Source: a virus (lineage: Duplodnaviria > Caudoviricetes). Taken from it: a stretch of 64,000 bases of DNA. The notes under the pieces are model-generated. The model did no database searches. It was not told the origin of the DNA and saw nothing but the letters and a program-made list of their open reading frames with translations. This document shows, piece after piece, positions 1-10,300 of this stretch. The stretch lies in IMG/VR virus record IMGVR_UViG_3300024229_000651. One strand, written 5' to 3'. The first letter of the stretch is position 1; every line of letters starts with the position of its first letter. The position numbers and the translations under genes were made by a program.

Positions 1-545
1 CCAACATCTAATGTGCCGCCGATGTCTGTAGCACCGGTAATATCTGCAGTTCCGCCTACTGTGATGTTGTTGGAAACATTTACGATCTGTGCGTTAAAAT
101 TAATATTTGCTGTTGTGCCAACATATCCAACTGTTAATGTGTTTTCATTGTATTCTAATTGAATATTACTTACATCTGAATTAAGTTGGAAGTATGCAAG
201 GGAAGAGTCGCTGTCTGCGTTAAGTATATATCCGTCAAAATTGTTAACAGTTTCTACAACATTAATTGTTGTATTGCTAAAGGTAATCTCACCTTTAGCA
301 ATTAAATTTCCGTCTATGGTTACATCGCCTGCAAAAGTAGTTAAGTCAGTACTTTCTACTGCTAGTGTTCCGCCTACAACTAAATCGCCTCTAATATCTG
401 TGCTTCCAACGATGGACGTATTTCCACCAATGTCTGCATTTCCGCCGATGTCTACATCACTGACGATATCTAAATACGATTCTCCAGTAATGCCGCCTTT
501 GACTACTAAATTGCCTTCCGGATTTAAATTTGTTTTATTGCTCAT
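1..545 (-). CDS. Virion structural / fibre-like protein, N-terminal part only (runs off the left edge; absent from the ORF track)
   Basis: Manual translation from ATG at 545: MSNKTNLNPEGNLVVKGGITGESYLDIVSDVDIGGNADIGGNTSIVGSTDIRGDLVVGGTL...VGGTADITGATDIGGTLDVG, with no stop to position 1. Repeated (D/V)IGG beta motifs are typical of fibre shafts. Late promoter octamer at 594-601. Confidence 0.7.
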   Translation of the reverse strand, partial: MSNKTNLNPEGNLVVKGGITGESYLDIVSDVDIGGNADIGGNTSIVGSTDIRGDLVVGGTLAVESTDLTTFAGDVTIDGNLIAKGEITFSNTTINVVETVNNFDGYILNADSDSSLAYFQLNSDVSNIQLEYNENTLTVGYVGTTANINFNAQIVNVSNNITVGGTADITGATDIGGTLDV

Positions 546-593
546 TAAATGATTCCGCCTGCATTATAAAGTACTTTCTTTATATAATATGTG

Positions 594-601
594 TATTTAT
601 C
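594..601 (-). promoter_or_regulatory. T4 gp55-type late promoter GATAAATA
   Basis: Plus strand tatttatc, 49 nt upstream of the ATG at 545; the same octamer precedes many structural genes in the window. Confidence 0.7.
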
Positions 602-618
602 TTTTTGATACGAAAGCC

Positions 619-647
619 AAAAAAAAGCACTGGCCTAAACCAGTGCT
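619..647 (-). terminator. Rho-independent terminator after the major capsid gene
   Basis: AGCACTGG-6 nt loop-CCAGTGCT stem followed on the minus strand by a T8 run, about 25 nt after the capsid stop. Confidence 0.85.
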
Positions 648-671
648 CTCTTATTTCCGTAAAATTAAATT

Positions 672-1814
672 TTACTGGAATGCAACGTTTTGCAATGTGA
701 TTGCATCAACGTAGTCTGCTGCGTTACCCAAAGATGAAGCAGTGTTTGTTAGTTCGATATAACCATAACGTGTCATAAAGCTAACTACTGGCTCAAATGT
801 GTTTGGATCCATTACTGGGCCTGTGCTCATTAATGGAATGTATGGGCAATAGAATGCAGGTGCGTCAGTTTCGCTTGAACCCTTATAACCAACAAGTACC
901 TTAGTACCGTCTGCAGCATAGCTGTCGACGAAAACTTTGATAGTACCGTTTAATGTACCAGCAAGTTTTGTGTTAGTTGGAGCTTCGAAGCTACCTTCTG
1001 TAGTACGAGCAAATGTAGATGTGCTTGCACTTTGTAGGATAGTTAACGCTTCTGGAGAAACAACGATGTAGTTACCAGCGCCGCGGCGTGTTCTTGCTGC
1101 GATTCTGTTAGCTGCTCTGTTGATTTCTACTGCTAATAATGCGTGACGATCACCAACATATGTTGGGGTATAGTCAGAGCTGATGCCGTTGAAGTCTAAC
1201 GTTTCGCCAGCGCCTGCTAGTGAACGTAAAGAACCAATGATTTCTTGGTCAATTTCAACAACAATCTCTTGTGCAAGAGCTTGCATGATTTCTGCTTCAA
1301 CGTCTAGACCGTGCATTGCTTCTGCATCTTGTGCAGCTTCAAAAGTCCAACGTGCGCTTAGACGTCTTGTCTTAGCTTCAACAGTTTGCTTCAATACTTG
1401 GATGCTCATCTTGTTTCCAGCAACACCTTCCGATGATGCTGTAGCAGATGGACCTGAGTAAGCACTTGCAATAGCGAATGGGCTTAATGCCTCATCGCCT
1501 GCATTCACACCCGCTGCAGTATCTGCATAACGTGTTCTTAATGTGTGAATTTGACCAACTGGGCCAGTCATAGGCTGTACGCCTACTAGCTCGTTAGCGA
1601 TTACAGACGGCATTACTCGTCTGATTAAAGGTAACATTACCTTGTTTAAAGTTGCAATGTTGCCAGCCTGTGATGCACCTGCTGTCGCAGATTCTTGAAG
1701 ATGTCTTTTAGTATTTTCAAGGACTACGCCAAGGGTTTTCTGTCGAGAACCACTTAGACCTTCAAGAAGGGCATCCTTTGTAGCTGACCAATTGCTTTCA
1801 AATAAATTTGACAT
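672..1814 (-). CDS. gp23: Major capsid protein (T4 gp23-like, 380 aa)
   Basis: Motifs LIRRVMPSVIANELVGVQPMTGPVGQIHTLR, AKTRRLSARWTFEAAQD, EIDQEII, FYCPYIPL and FMTRYG are characteristic of gp23-family capsids; last gene of the head operon. Confidence 0.95.
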   Translation of the reverse strand: MSNLFESNWSATKDALLEGLSGSRQKTLGVVLENTKRHLQESATAGASQAGNIATLNKVMLPLIRRVMPSVIANELVGVQPMTGPVGQIHTLRTRYADTAAGVNAGDEALSPFAIASAYSGPSATASSEGVAGNKMSIQVLKQTVEAKTRRLSARWTFEAAQDAEAMHGLDVEAEIMQALAQEIVVEIDQEIIGSLRSLAGAGETLDFNGISSDYTPTYVGDRHALLAVEINRAANRIAARTRRGAGNYIVVSPEALTILQSASTSTFARTTEGSFEAPTNTKLAGTLNGTIKVFVDSYAADGTKVLVGYKGSSETDAPAFYCPYIPLMSTGPVMDPNTFEPVVSFMTRYGYIELTNTASSLGNAADYVDAITLQNVAFQ

Positions 1815-1828
1815 TTCTAAAACTCCTA

Positions 1829-2941
1829 TTATTTGTTTGAAAGTCCGGCTAATTTACGGAGTTGATTGATTTCAATCACTTCCTGTTCAACATCTTCACT
1901 GGAAGGCTGAACTGTTTTATTACCAGTGTGTTCTGATGTCACTGATTCTTTTAATGGCTTACGATCTGCTATTGGTGCTGCACCATCAAGTACTGATGGG
2001 AGATACTTATTGAATTGCTTCTCTAAGTTGCTTGTCTTTACACTTTCTAATAAATCTACCATAATATCTCTTTTGCTTTTTGCTAAAGGCTTTAACAAAG
2101 TATCAAGTGTTTCCTTACGGTCATACTTGTCCTCTGATACTCTTAGCTTGCTTTCTACTAACTTGCTAGTGGAAATTGCGTCTTCCACTGCTTGCTTGCT
2201 TTCTGCAAGTTCCTTTTTCATTGCAAAAAGAGATTTTTCTAAATCTTTCACTTCTGAGCTTTCGTTCAAATAACTTGAGCGATATTCATTAGCAAATGTT
2301 TCAAAAATTCTACGACCGAAATCGTTTTCTCTTGCTGCTGTGATGTCGTCTTTAAACTGCTGTACATTCTCGCGAACGACAGTGTTAACAACAGTTTCAA
2401 CTTTGTCAGCTGCACGTTTAATAAAGTCTTTTTTAGCTTCTGCAAGTTGTTTTTTGCCTTCTGCTACCATTTTGACTTTTTTCTCTACAAGTTCTTGCTT
2501 GTCTTCATGGAACTCTTTGAGTTCTGTTGACAATTGTTCAACAACAAAATCGTCTAATTTTGACACATGTTGTTGTACACCTGCTCTTTCGTCACGTAAT
2601 TCCTTGACTTCTTTAGCAAGTTGTTCTGCTACAAACTTATCTAGTTTTTTAGCGTGTTCACTAACAGCTTTTTTGTAAGTAACTCTCTCTGCTGCAACTG
2701 CTTTTTTATCTTCAGCAAGTTCAACCATCTCTGATTCAACTCTTTCTTTGATAAATGTATCTACAGCTTCTACAATAAGTCCTTTGTCATGTTCATAACG
2801 TTGAGCAAATTCTTCACGTAGTTCAGATGCAAGTTCCTCACGAGCTTCGGCAAGACGACTTTCCCAGGCCTCTAGAATACTTGAACGGGCTTCTTCATTA
2901 AGCTCGCTCGATTCGATAAGGTCTTTAAAGTTTACTGCCAT
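1829..2941 (-). CDS. gp22: Prohead core scaffolding protein (gp22-like)
   Basis: 370-aa E/K-rich coiled coil between the protease and capsid genes (T4 order 21-22-23); RBS present. Confidence 0.8.
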   Translation of the reverse strand: MAVNFKDLIESSELNEEARSSILEAWESRLAEAREELASELREEFAQRYEHDKGLIVEAVDTFIKERVESEMVELAEDKKAVAAERVTYKKAVSEHAKKLDKFVAEQLAKEVKELRDERAGVQQHVSKLDDFVVEQLSTELKEFHEDKQELVEKKVKMVAEGKKQLAEAKKDFIKRAADKVETVVNTVVRENVQQFKDDITAARENDFGRRIFETFANEYRSSYLNESSEVKDLEKSLFAMKKELAESKQAVEDAISTSKLVESKLRVSEDKYDRKETLDTLLKPLAKSKRDIMVDLLESVKTSNLEKQFNKYLPSVLDGAAPIADRKPLKESVTSEHTGNKTVQPSSEDVEQEVIEINQLRKLAGLSNK

Positions 2942-2950
2942 AGTAGTCTC

Positions 2951-3580
2951 CTACCTCTTGTTTAATTCGTTAATAAAATTAACGATCTGTTTACTTAAAT
3001 GCTTTTCAGCTACACTACTTTTGGTGTGTGTATAGTCTTCAGCAATAGCATGTACCATGCTACCACCTTTCATGTTAAACAAAGACTCGTATATTGTCTT
3101 TGGATATGCATTTGGGGCACTTGGCTGAGCAACAATATCCACAGTAATTATATCAAAATCGCTTACACGACCTGATTCATTAACATTACCGCTTCCTCTG
3201 CTGCTTACACCTAATTTTGCGCCACCTTTTAATAATGATCTCGCAATGTTACCCATTGGAGTATCAATAATTTTCAACTTACCTAACCCATTAGAGCCAT
3301 CACAATGCATTTCAGTAATAATGTGGCTGACTCTATCTAAGTTTATCTGCAACTCTTCAGGGTGATCTAACTCTCCCATCACAGTTTCGCCTTCTGAAAG
3401 CCTACTGTTAACGCTTTCAACAGCACGTTGAATCTCATCCTTGGGGTATACTCTGCCGTTTTGGTTTTGTACATCCCCTTCAATGAATAATCCAGCCATA
3501 AATAATTCTTTACCGTCTTTAGACTCTAGTAATTCGATCTTACTAGCAGTAGGGCTCATGAATTCATATAACTTACGCAC
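2951..3580 (-). CDS. gp21: Prohead maturation protease (gp21-like)
   Basis: Motifs NQNGRVYP, GELDHPE, RVSHIIT, GVSSRGSG and DIVAQPSAPNAYP. Confidence 0.93.
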   Translation of the reverse strand: MRKLYEFMSPTASKIELLESKDGKELFMAGLFIEGDVQNQNGRVYPKDEIQRAVESVNSRLSEGETVMGELDHPEELQINLDRVSHIITEMHCDGSNGLGKLKIIDTPMGNIARSLLKGGAKLGVSSRGSGNVNESGRVSDFDIITVDIVAQPSAPNAYPKTIYESLFNMKGGSMVHAIAEDYTHTKSSVAEKHLSKQIVNFINELNKR

Positions 3581-3603
3581 TATAATCTCCTAATAACTTA
3601 AAA

Positions 3604-4380
3604 TTAAGCCTTTTTAGGCTCTACTTTAATATTGTCAGTTGGTGTATGATCTTTTGCAGATGCGCCTTGGTTACCTAAACCGCCGTCTTTTGCTTTGACT
3701 GGGCCTGAGTTACCGTTTTGTACCGCAGTTGGCTTTGGTGCTTTAGTGAATGGTGATTCACCTTCGCTTGCGCCGCCTTTTGGCTCTGCAACTGAATCTG
3801 ACATCTTAGTAGCTTCTTCTACAACGTCATCTTCGTCATCTTCTTCTACAACATCTTCGTCTAAGTCATACTCGATGCTTTCTTCTTCCATTTCTGGTGC
3901 TTCCATGTCCATATCCATGTCCATTTCTGCTTCTTCACCGTCTTCAGACTCACCGTCGCCCATTAGCTTTTCAAATTCAGCTCTTAGGTCTTCTAATTCG
4001 TCTTCTAATTCGTCGACTTTATCTTCTAATGCTTCGTCGCCGCCAACGTCTGCGTGGTGATCGTCTTCTTCACCTTCTTCGTCGTCTGCAACGTCTGCCA
4101 TCATATCGTCTTCTGGATCAGCTTCGTCGATAATTTCACTTACTTCTGCGAAATTTTCCTCAACTGCTTCTTCCTCGTCTGATTCAACAGCTTCTTCAAC
4201 TGCTTCATCTTCATCTTCGTCTTCGTCTTTAGATTCTACTACTTCATCTTCATCTAAGATACGCTCGTACTCTGAACGAGCGGTTTCGACGACATATTCG
4301 TGAAGTAGCTCTTCGGCACGCTCGTTATCTTCTGCAAGTAGGAATTCTAAAACTTGTTCTAGTTTACTGCGTTCTGACAT
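3604..4380 (-). CDS. Highly acidic prohead core / internal protein
   Basis: 258 aa, extremely D/E-rich, located between portal and protease like T4 gp67/68; RBS AAGGAG. Confidence 0.6.
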   Translation of the reverse strand: MSERSKLEQVLEFLLAEDNERAEELLHEYVVETARSEYERILDEDEVVESKDEDEDEDEAVEEAVESDEEEAVEENFAEVSEIIDEADPEDDMMADVADDEEGEEDDHHADVGGDEALEDKVDELEDELEDLRAEFEKLMGDGESEDGEEAEMDMDMDMEAPEMEEESIEYDLDEDVVEEDDEDDVVEEATKMSDSVAEPKGGASEGESPFTKAPKPTAVQNGNSGPVKAKDGGLGNQGASAKDHTPTDNIKVEPKKA

Positions 4381-4542
4381 TTTGAGCTCCTTTTAAAAAA
4401 TTGTTATATAGCATCAAACGTACTGATGTTATACTGTACTTTTACTTATATGTATCGTGTATTAAATACCAAAAACAGGCAAAAAACCCCGCTTTTCAAC
4501 GCTGTTCAGTATGTGTGGAAGGTGTATAATTGTATATAAAAG

Positions 4543-4550
4543 TATTTATC
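4543..4550 (-). promoter_or_regulatory. Late promoter GATAAATA for the core-protease-scaffold-capsid run (a second variant, TATAAGTA, lies at 4443-4450)
   Basis: Octamer overlaps the TAG stop of the upstream ORF and lies upstream of the ATG at 4380. Confidence 0.65.
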
Positions 4551-5365
4551 TAAATTATAGAAAAGTTGTCAATATGATCTATCAGTTGTTTAGCGTATCC
4601 GCTATGTGCTGCACCGCTTAGATGATGACTCATGTCGTTGCCGGGAGAACCTGTCAATTGTGGGCCGTACCGGTCTGTGTCAACCTGTAGATATTCTGCT
4701 ATGCCACCAACTACAAACTCCTCTGGAGATAAATCCCATTGGTGATTGTTATTATGGTCAAAGCAATCTTGGCTTGTTACATCAGGTTTTGTGTCGTACG
4801 CTTCAGCCCACTCAAATGTATTGGGAGAAAAAATAACTGTCTTATTTAACGTTTTAAGTTTATATAAGACGCACTGTAGTGTATAAAAGTCTTTATGTTT
4901 TTCAACATCTGCATCATAAAAATGCAAAAAATAGTCTCTAAACACTCTGTGGTTCTGTTCGTTAAACGAAAAATGTAGCGATTCTTCAGCAGCTCCATTA
5001 TAAAATGGATTGTCTGCTAAATCTAAATCTATTTGCTCATCAAATATACTGCCAATGCTATTACTGTGCACAGACTTGTTTAAATTAGCTAATAAGTCTT
5101 TATGCTTATATCGTGTGCCGTTTAATACAGGCAATTCAACACGAGTTGCAGTCGTTGCATTAATTATAAATATGTCTGGGTTATACTCTCGAAGTGCTTG
5201 ATCTATCTGTAACGCAATAACAAAATTAGATACGCCAGGTAAGGCAAAATTCTTATATTCTAAATTATAATGATCTGCAACTAACTGACCGAACTCTATT
5301 CCAGGACTAACAGGGTCTCTTGTGCTCCAACTACATCCGCAAACAGCCAGTTTTTGTTGGGTCAT
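4550..5365 (-). CDS. SGNH/GDSL-like hydrolase/esterase-fold protein
   Basis: N-terminal GCSWS (block I-like), NFALPGVSNFVI (block II-like) and C-terminal DMSHHLSGAAH (DxxH-like). Confidence 0.55.
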   Translation of the reverse strand: MTQQKLAVCGCSWSTRDPVSPGIEFGQLVADHYNLEYKNFALPGVSNFVIALQIDQALREYNPDIFIINATTATRVELPVLNGTRYKHKDLLANLNKSVHSNSIGSIFDEQIDLDLADNPFYNGAAEESLHFSFNEQNHRVFRDYFLHFYDADVEKHKDFYTLQCVLYKLKTLNKTVIFSPNTFEWAEAYDTKPDVTSQDCFDHNNNHQWDLSPEEFVVGGIAEYLQVDTDRYGPQLTGSPGNDMSHHLSGAAHSGYAKQLIDHIDNFSII

Positions 5366-5566
5366 TTATATGGTTTCCGATTGTGCTGATTTAGCATACA
5401 TAATAGCAGCAAATTTCGCCTGTTCGATGTTTTCTGACTTCTTTAGTTCGCGATATTTGCGCAATTTGTTCAATGCTTCCAATGTAAATATCGGCTTTCG
5501 AGTATCTCCCGGCGCTTTAGATATTGATTGGTCATCTTCTGGTTCATAAAATTCATTTAGTCTCAT
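5366..5566 (-). CDS. Small hypothetical protein coupled to the portal gene
   Basis: 66 aa; start overlaps the portal stop and its stop abuts the next ATG; plausible LEALNKLRKYRE helix. Confidence 0.7.
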   Translation of the reverse strand: MRLNEFYEPEDDQSISKAPGDTRKPIFTLEALNKLRKYRELKKSENIEQAKFAAIMYAKSAQSETI

Positions 5567-7275
5567 TACAGAGCTCCTCCTTCGGGTGGCAACCCAGTAC
5601 CGGCTGCTGGATCTGCTAAAGGGTCTGCGCCTAGCATAGGATCCGGTATCTCTTCGTCCGGTATTGGTGTATCTAAATCCACATCAGGCGTAGGTTGAGG
5701 TGAAATACCTACATTCCTTAGCCCTAAATTATCTGGTGTAGCATCTCCGGAAGTATATTTGTTTTCCATTTTCCAGTAATATTCGTTGTCCTTCATTTCT
5801 TCTTCAGTAAGACCTAAATATTTCTTTAACTTAAACTGTTGGCTTAAATAAGGTACTGCTTCCAACGCTCCAAACAATTGTGCTCGCTGAGTGTCTAAGT
5901 CCAGTTCTCTATAACTGCTAAAGTTTTGGGGTTTAGTAAATTCTACATTAAATGTATTATGTTCAATACTAACACCCTTCCATTCTAAGAACTTTTTAAA
6001 TTCTTCGTCTAGATTTCTAATAATTTGCTTCTGTAATCGTTCACAATACTTTGAAAATCTAAATTCTTGTATAAATGCAACACCTACTTTGCCGTCATTA
6101 TATTGAGCTGAGCCGTCATCTGGTCCAGTAGGCAAGTAACTACTAGGTATTCTCAATCCTCGTAACAATTTATTATTAAAATATCGTAAATCGTCTATCT
6201 CACCTAGGTTGTCGCCGCCTGGGAGTGTGTCAACTTTAGAACCACGACCGTCTGCTGTTTGTGCAAAGAAGTAATCTTCTAACATACTCATTGGATTATA
6301 TGATGCGTCTGCAACATTTTTGCCGTCGCCGTTTTTATTCGGTACACGCTTTTGCTGTACTTCGTATTTTACACGCTCCAAGTACTGTTGTGCTTTATGC
6401 GGTGGCATATTACCAACGTCAATCATAAACACACGCCTTTCTGGTGCTCTGTGCACACGATAGATAATGATGCTGTCTTCTAATAATTCTTTTTGTTTAA
6501 AAACTTTGAATACTGGCTCTAAAACACTTATACCAAAAGGCCAATTGTGGTCCATACCTTCTGTTAAACTGATATGTACTACATGCTCTGCACTAACTGG
6601 TATTCCAGTACTAGCTCCTGCTGAAGGATCATTCTGCAAATTAAAATTACTGCTAGAAGAGCCTACATTACCACCAGACAACATCCCGCCTTGAGAGCCG
6701 TATGGTCTAGCATGTAAGGGTGCTGGTTCTGTTGCTGCTAATTGTTCAAAGTTTGCTTCTAGGTTTTTAATATAGTATTGCTCTATTTTTTTACCTTTGC
6801 TTTCGTTTACAACAACTTTTTCGATATTCGCTGGATCGACCCAGAATAATTTAAACGTTTCTGGATCTCTGATAAAAAATTGGTCGCCATATTTGACTGT
6901 GCTTCTGACAAACTTAAATGCACGTCTACGCAAGTCGTTAGACTTACACCAATTTTCTAAACTAGCTGTTAAAATTTTAACTTCACTCTCGGAAGGGTCT
7001 TCGTTAAACGTTAGTACAAATGGCAATTCACTGTAATCGTCATCTTGTGTGCAAAACTCTGCAATAATATCTAATGCAGCATTTACTTCCATGTCGTTGT
7101 CCATCTGATCGTATTGCACATAGCGCATTAAACGATTAGGAGAGCCAGCATATACTTCAGGTAGCCAACTGCTAAAACGAGCATGTACTGCACTATAGCC
7201 GTCATACTGCTGGGAAACAGTTCCAGCTGGAAGTGCGCCGTTCGTGTTATTAAAATATTTCCGCCAAGTTGCCAT
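5566..7275 (-). CDS. gp20: Portal vertex protein (gp20-like)
   Basis: Motifs EDSIIIYRVHRAPERRVFMIDVGNMP, MLEDYFF, TLPGGDNLGEIDDLRYFNNKLLRGLRIPSS and EFRFSKYCERLQ. Confidence 0.95.
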   Translation of the reverse strand: MATWRKYFNNTNGALPAGTVSQQYDGYSAVHARFSSWLPEVYAGSPNRLMRYVQYDQMDNDMEVNAALDIIAEFCTQDDDYSELPFVLTFNEDPSESEVKILTASLENWCKSNDLRRRAFKFVRSTVKYGDQFFIRDPETFKLFWVDPANIEKVVVNESKGKKIEQYYIKNLEANFEQLAATEPAPLHARPYGSQGGMLSGGNVGSSSSNFNLQNDPSAGASTGIPVSAEHVVHISLTEGMDHNWPFGISVLEPVFKVFKQKELLEDSIIIYRVHRAPERRVFMIDVGNMPPHKAQQYLERVKYEVQQKRVPNKNGDGKNVADASYNPMSMLEDYFFAQTADGRGSKVDTLPGGDNLGEIDDLRYFNNKLLRGLRIPSSYLPTGPDDGSAQYNDGKVGVAFIQEFRFSKYCERLQKQIIRNLDEEFKKFLEWKGVSIEHNTFNVEFTKPQNFSSYRELDLDTQRAQLFGALEAVPYLSQQFKLKKYLGLTEEEMKDNEYYWKMENKYTSGDATPDNLGLRNVGISPQPTPDVDLDTPIPDEEIPDPMLGADPLADPAAGTGLPPEGGAL

Positions 7276-7297
7276 AAATTATCCTTCGTATACAGTG

Positions 7298-7305
7298 TAT
7301 TTATC
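7298..7305 (-). promoter_or_regulatory. Late promoter GATAAATA upstream of portal
   Basis: Plus strand tatttatc 22 nt upstream of the portal ATG. Confidence 0.7.
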
Positions 7306-7339
7306 ACTACTACAGGATTATTTAAAAATTATTGATATG

Positions 7340-10300
7340 TTAAACTTCGATGTTATCGATAGAACCTTTGGTCTTCTTAGCTAGTCTGTTATTTTCACTT
7401 TGTAGTCTAACTAACTCTTGTAACAGTTCTACTTGTGTTAAGCCGCCGGCTTTCTCGGGAGGTGTCATATTTTCTACAGCGGTTGCTTGGGCGACTGGTG
7501 TTTGCACTGGCGCTTCAGCAGGTGTTTCTGGTACTGGAGCTCTGCCTACTTGAGGCACAGCAGTCTGGTCTATGCCTGTTTTTTCTTGCATCTTATAAGC
7601 ATCAATCATTAGCCCTAACTGTCTTGTGATGTCTGCTATAGCAGATTGTCCTACTTCGCCGCCTTCCTTAATTGCTTCTCTATCAACGCTAACACCATAC
7701 GACTCTAAATTAGTAGCTTGTGCTAGAGCATAAGTATTAGTTTGAGCGCCAACAAACATATCTGATTCTCTAACACCCTGTCCACCAATATGGTTTAACC
7801 CTTTTAACAATCTTGTTAATCCGCCGTCGCCATCAAATCCGAGCCCGCCATATAATTTTTCTTGCGCTGTGTCTTTGTTTGCTCTCGTTTTAATCCCCGC
7901 GGCAGCATCTGCTTGTTGTTCTTCTTTGCTTGGTCCGAACAGTTTCATGGCTCCGAGTTTTAACATATCACCCATGTTAAGCTGATCCATCTGTTCGACC
8001 ATGTATTGAATGCCGTCACCTATTGCGAGGAACTGATCGCCCATATATTCACCATCGATGGCGTCCAGTGCATTAGTAAGCTGGTCTGCACTTGTAGCAA
8101 ATGTTGTCATACTTGTTGCATATGTGTCTATTGTGTCAAAAGGAGCAAATGGGTTATCGCCAATTCTTCCTAGACTTCTTGCCAACTTAGCCATTGAGTC
8201 AATGAACGGTTCTATCATGTCGCCGACAATAGCTAATGTAACAGCAAGTCTAGGTAATTGTTCACCTGATGTAACGAGACTGTCAAGCCCATAAGCTGCA
8301 TCTAGTAAAGGGTGCACATCAATGTCTGATAGATTTTTTATAAAATCTTTAAGTTTATCAATTGGACTGTCTGCGCCAAACAGTGACCCGATACCATCTT
8401 TAACACTGCTCATTAATGAGCCGCCGCTCAGTGCGCTCATTCCTGAACCAAGAGATTTTAATGCGTCTCCTGCTAATAATAAATTATACATGTCTACCAT
8501 CGACAGTGGCAGTAATGCAACCGCAAGTTCTTTGATTGGTCCTGCCGCCATGCCAGCTAACATTACTAGCGGTAGTGCAAGTCCCATTACAGATAACGCA
8601 CCGCTTAGTGCTAAGATTCCGCCAGACAATGACACAAGTTGTCCTGGCTCTACCATATTAAGCAGCGATAGTGCGTATGCTAACTCTGTTGTAGGACCAG
8701 CAGCTAGTGATGCACCTATTGCAAAAGGTAATAATGCGACTCCTGCTACACCCAACGCTGTACCTGTTAACAATAAACCAGGTATCAGCGGTATCATAAC
8801 TGTCATTGCTCCGCCTAGTGCTAACAACCCGACAGCTATCTTAGGTAGATCCACCGTATTAAGTTCAGTCATACCGGATGCTAATGATCGTGTGCCTACT
8901 CCAGCTAGAGCTGCACCAACGCCGAATGGTATTAGTGCTACACCCAGTGCGCCTAATGCGGCTCCAGTTAATACTAAGCCTGGTATCAGCGGTATCATTA
9001 ATGTCATCGCTGTGCCTAACCCTAATAAGTTTAGTGCAATACCACCGACTGGAATATCTGCTAAATCTTTTAAGCCGGCGGCTAAGGCTTTTGTGCCTGC
9101 ACCAGCTAGAGTTGCGCCTAGTGCAAACGGCATTAACGCTACACCTAACGCAGCAATTGCCGCAGCTCCTGCAAGAATAAATGGTAACCCAAATCCTAAT
9201 CCGGCTGCCGCAGCGCCTAAAGTTATAATGCTACCAGCTAACACACCGATTGTTTCCATACCGATGCCTTTCATTAGATTAAGACTGACTGCTAATGGCA
9301 ATATACTAGCACCTAGTGCCGCGATGCCAACTGAGCCTGCTAACATTAAGGGCAGTGTCATACCTACTGCCGCGCCTGCTAATCCCAACGTTATCATACT
9401 TGCAGCTAGGACTCCGATTGTACCAGCACCAACATCTTTCATTAAGTTAAGACTAAATGCTAATGGTATAATACTAGCGCCTAGTGCTGCAATGCCCAGT
9501 GCACCTTTTAACAGTGTTCCTGTCATGTTTCCGATTAATTTAGCAACACCGACAAGTCCCAATAGTGCTGTTCCGCCTTTAGCTAAACTTGCAAAATCTA
9601 CTTCGTTGAACATTTTTAAGCCGTATGCAGCAGGTATTAAACTTGCTCCAAGTATTGCAATGCCGGCTGCGCCTTTAAGCATGTCAGTACTTGCTTTACC
9701 GATTCGTTTAGCTAATTCTACAAGTCCGTAAAGTACTACACTGCCTTTCACAATAGACGTAAAGTCTACATCATTAAACGTCTTTAATCCTACTGCGGTT
9801 AAAGCTAATGCTCCACCTAGTAGTGCTAAACTTGCAGCGCCTTTAACTACTTTATTATCACCGAACTCTTTAACAGCGTCTGCAATTTTAGATAAGAAGC
9901 CGCCGCTTTTGCCGCCGCCGGTCATTGACCCAGACAACTTATCAGTCATGCCCTTGCCTTTATCCATAATGCCGCCTAATTTGTCAGACGCCATTTTACC
10001 AACTTTTGTGCCGCTTAGTTTTTCTGTAACAGCACCAACTGGCCCGGATGAGACTTTGCCTTTTAGAGATTCGCCTAATGTGGCGGCTGATGACATTACG
10101 CCTTTGGCGCCTTTAGATGCCAAGCCGCCCATAGCGCCAGATGCTTTATCAAATATGCCGCCCATAAATTTTGTGAGTTGTGGCATTAATATACTTTTAC
10201 CGAATTCTTTTGCTACTGAGAAGCCAAATAATGCTACAGCAAATCCTGCTACTCCTTTGATTAACATTCCCATTGCAGCATCTGTTACTCTGTCCCACAT

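Noticed and set aside
241-552. 103-aa plus-strand ORF in the track
   Set aside because: Shadow of the real minus-strand gene starting at 545, which has a late promoter and fibre-like repeats.
8322-9731. 469-aa plus-strand ORF (and 9909-10451 and other long antisense ORFs)
   Set aside because: Antisense shadow of the A/G/L-rich tape measure repeats; low-complexity P/A/N translation, no RBS or promoter.
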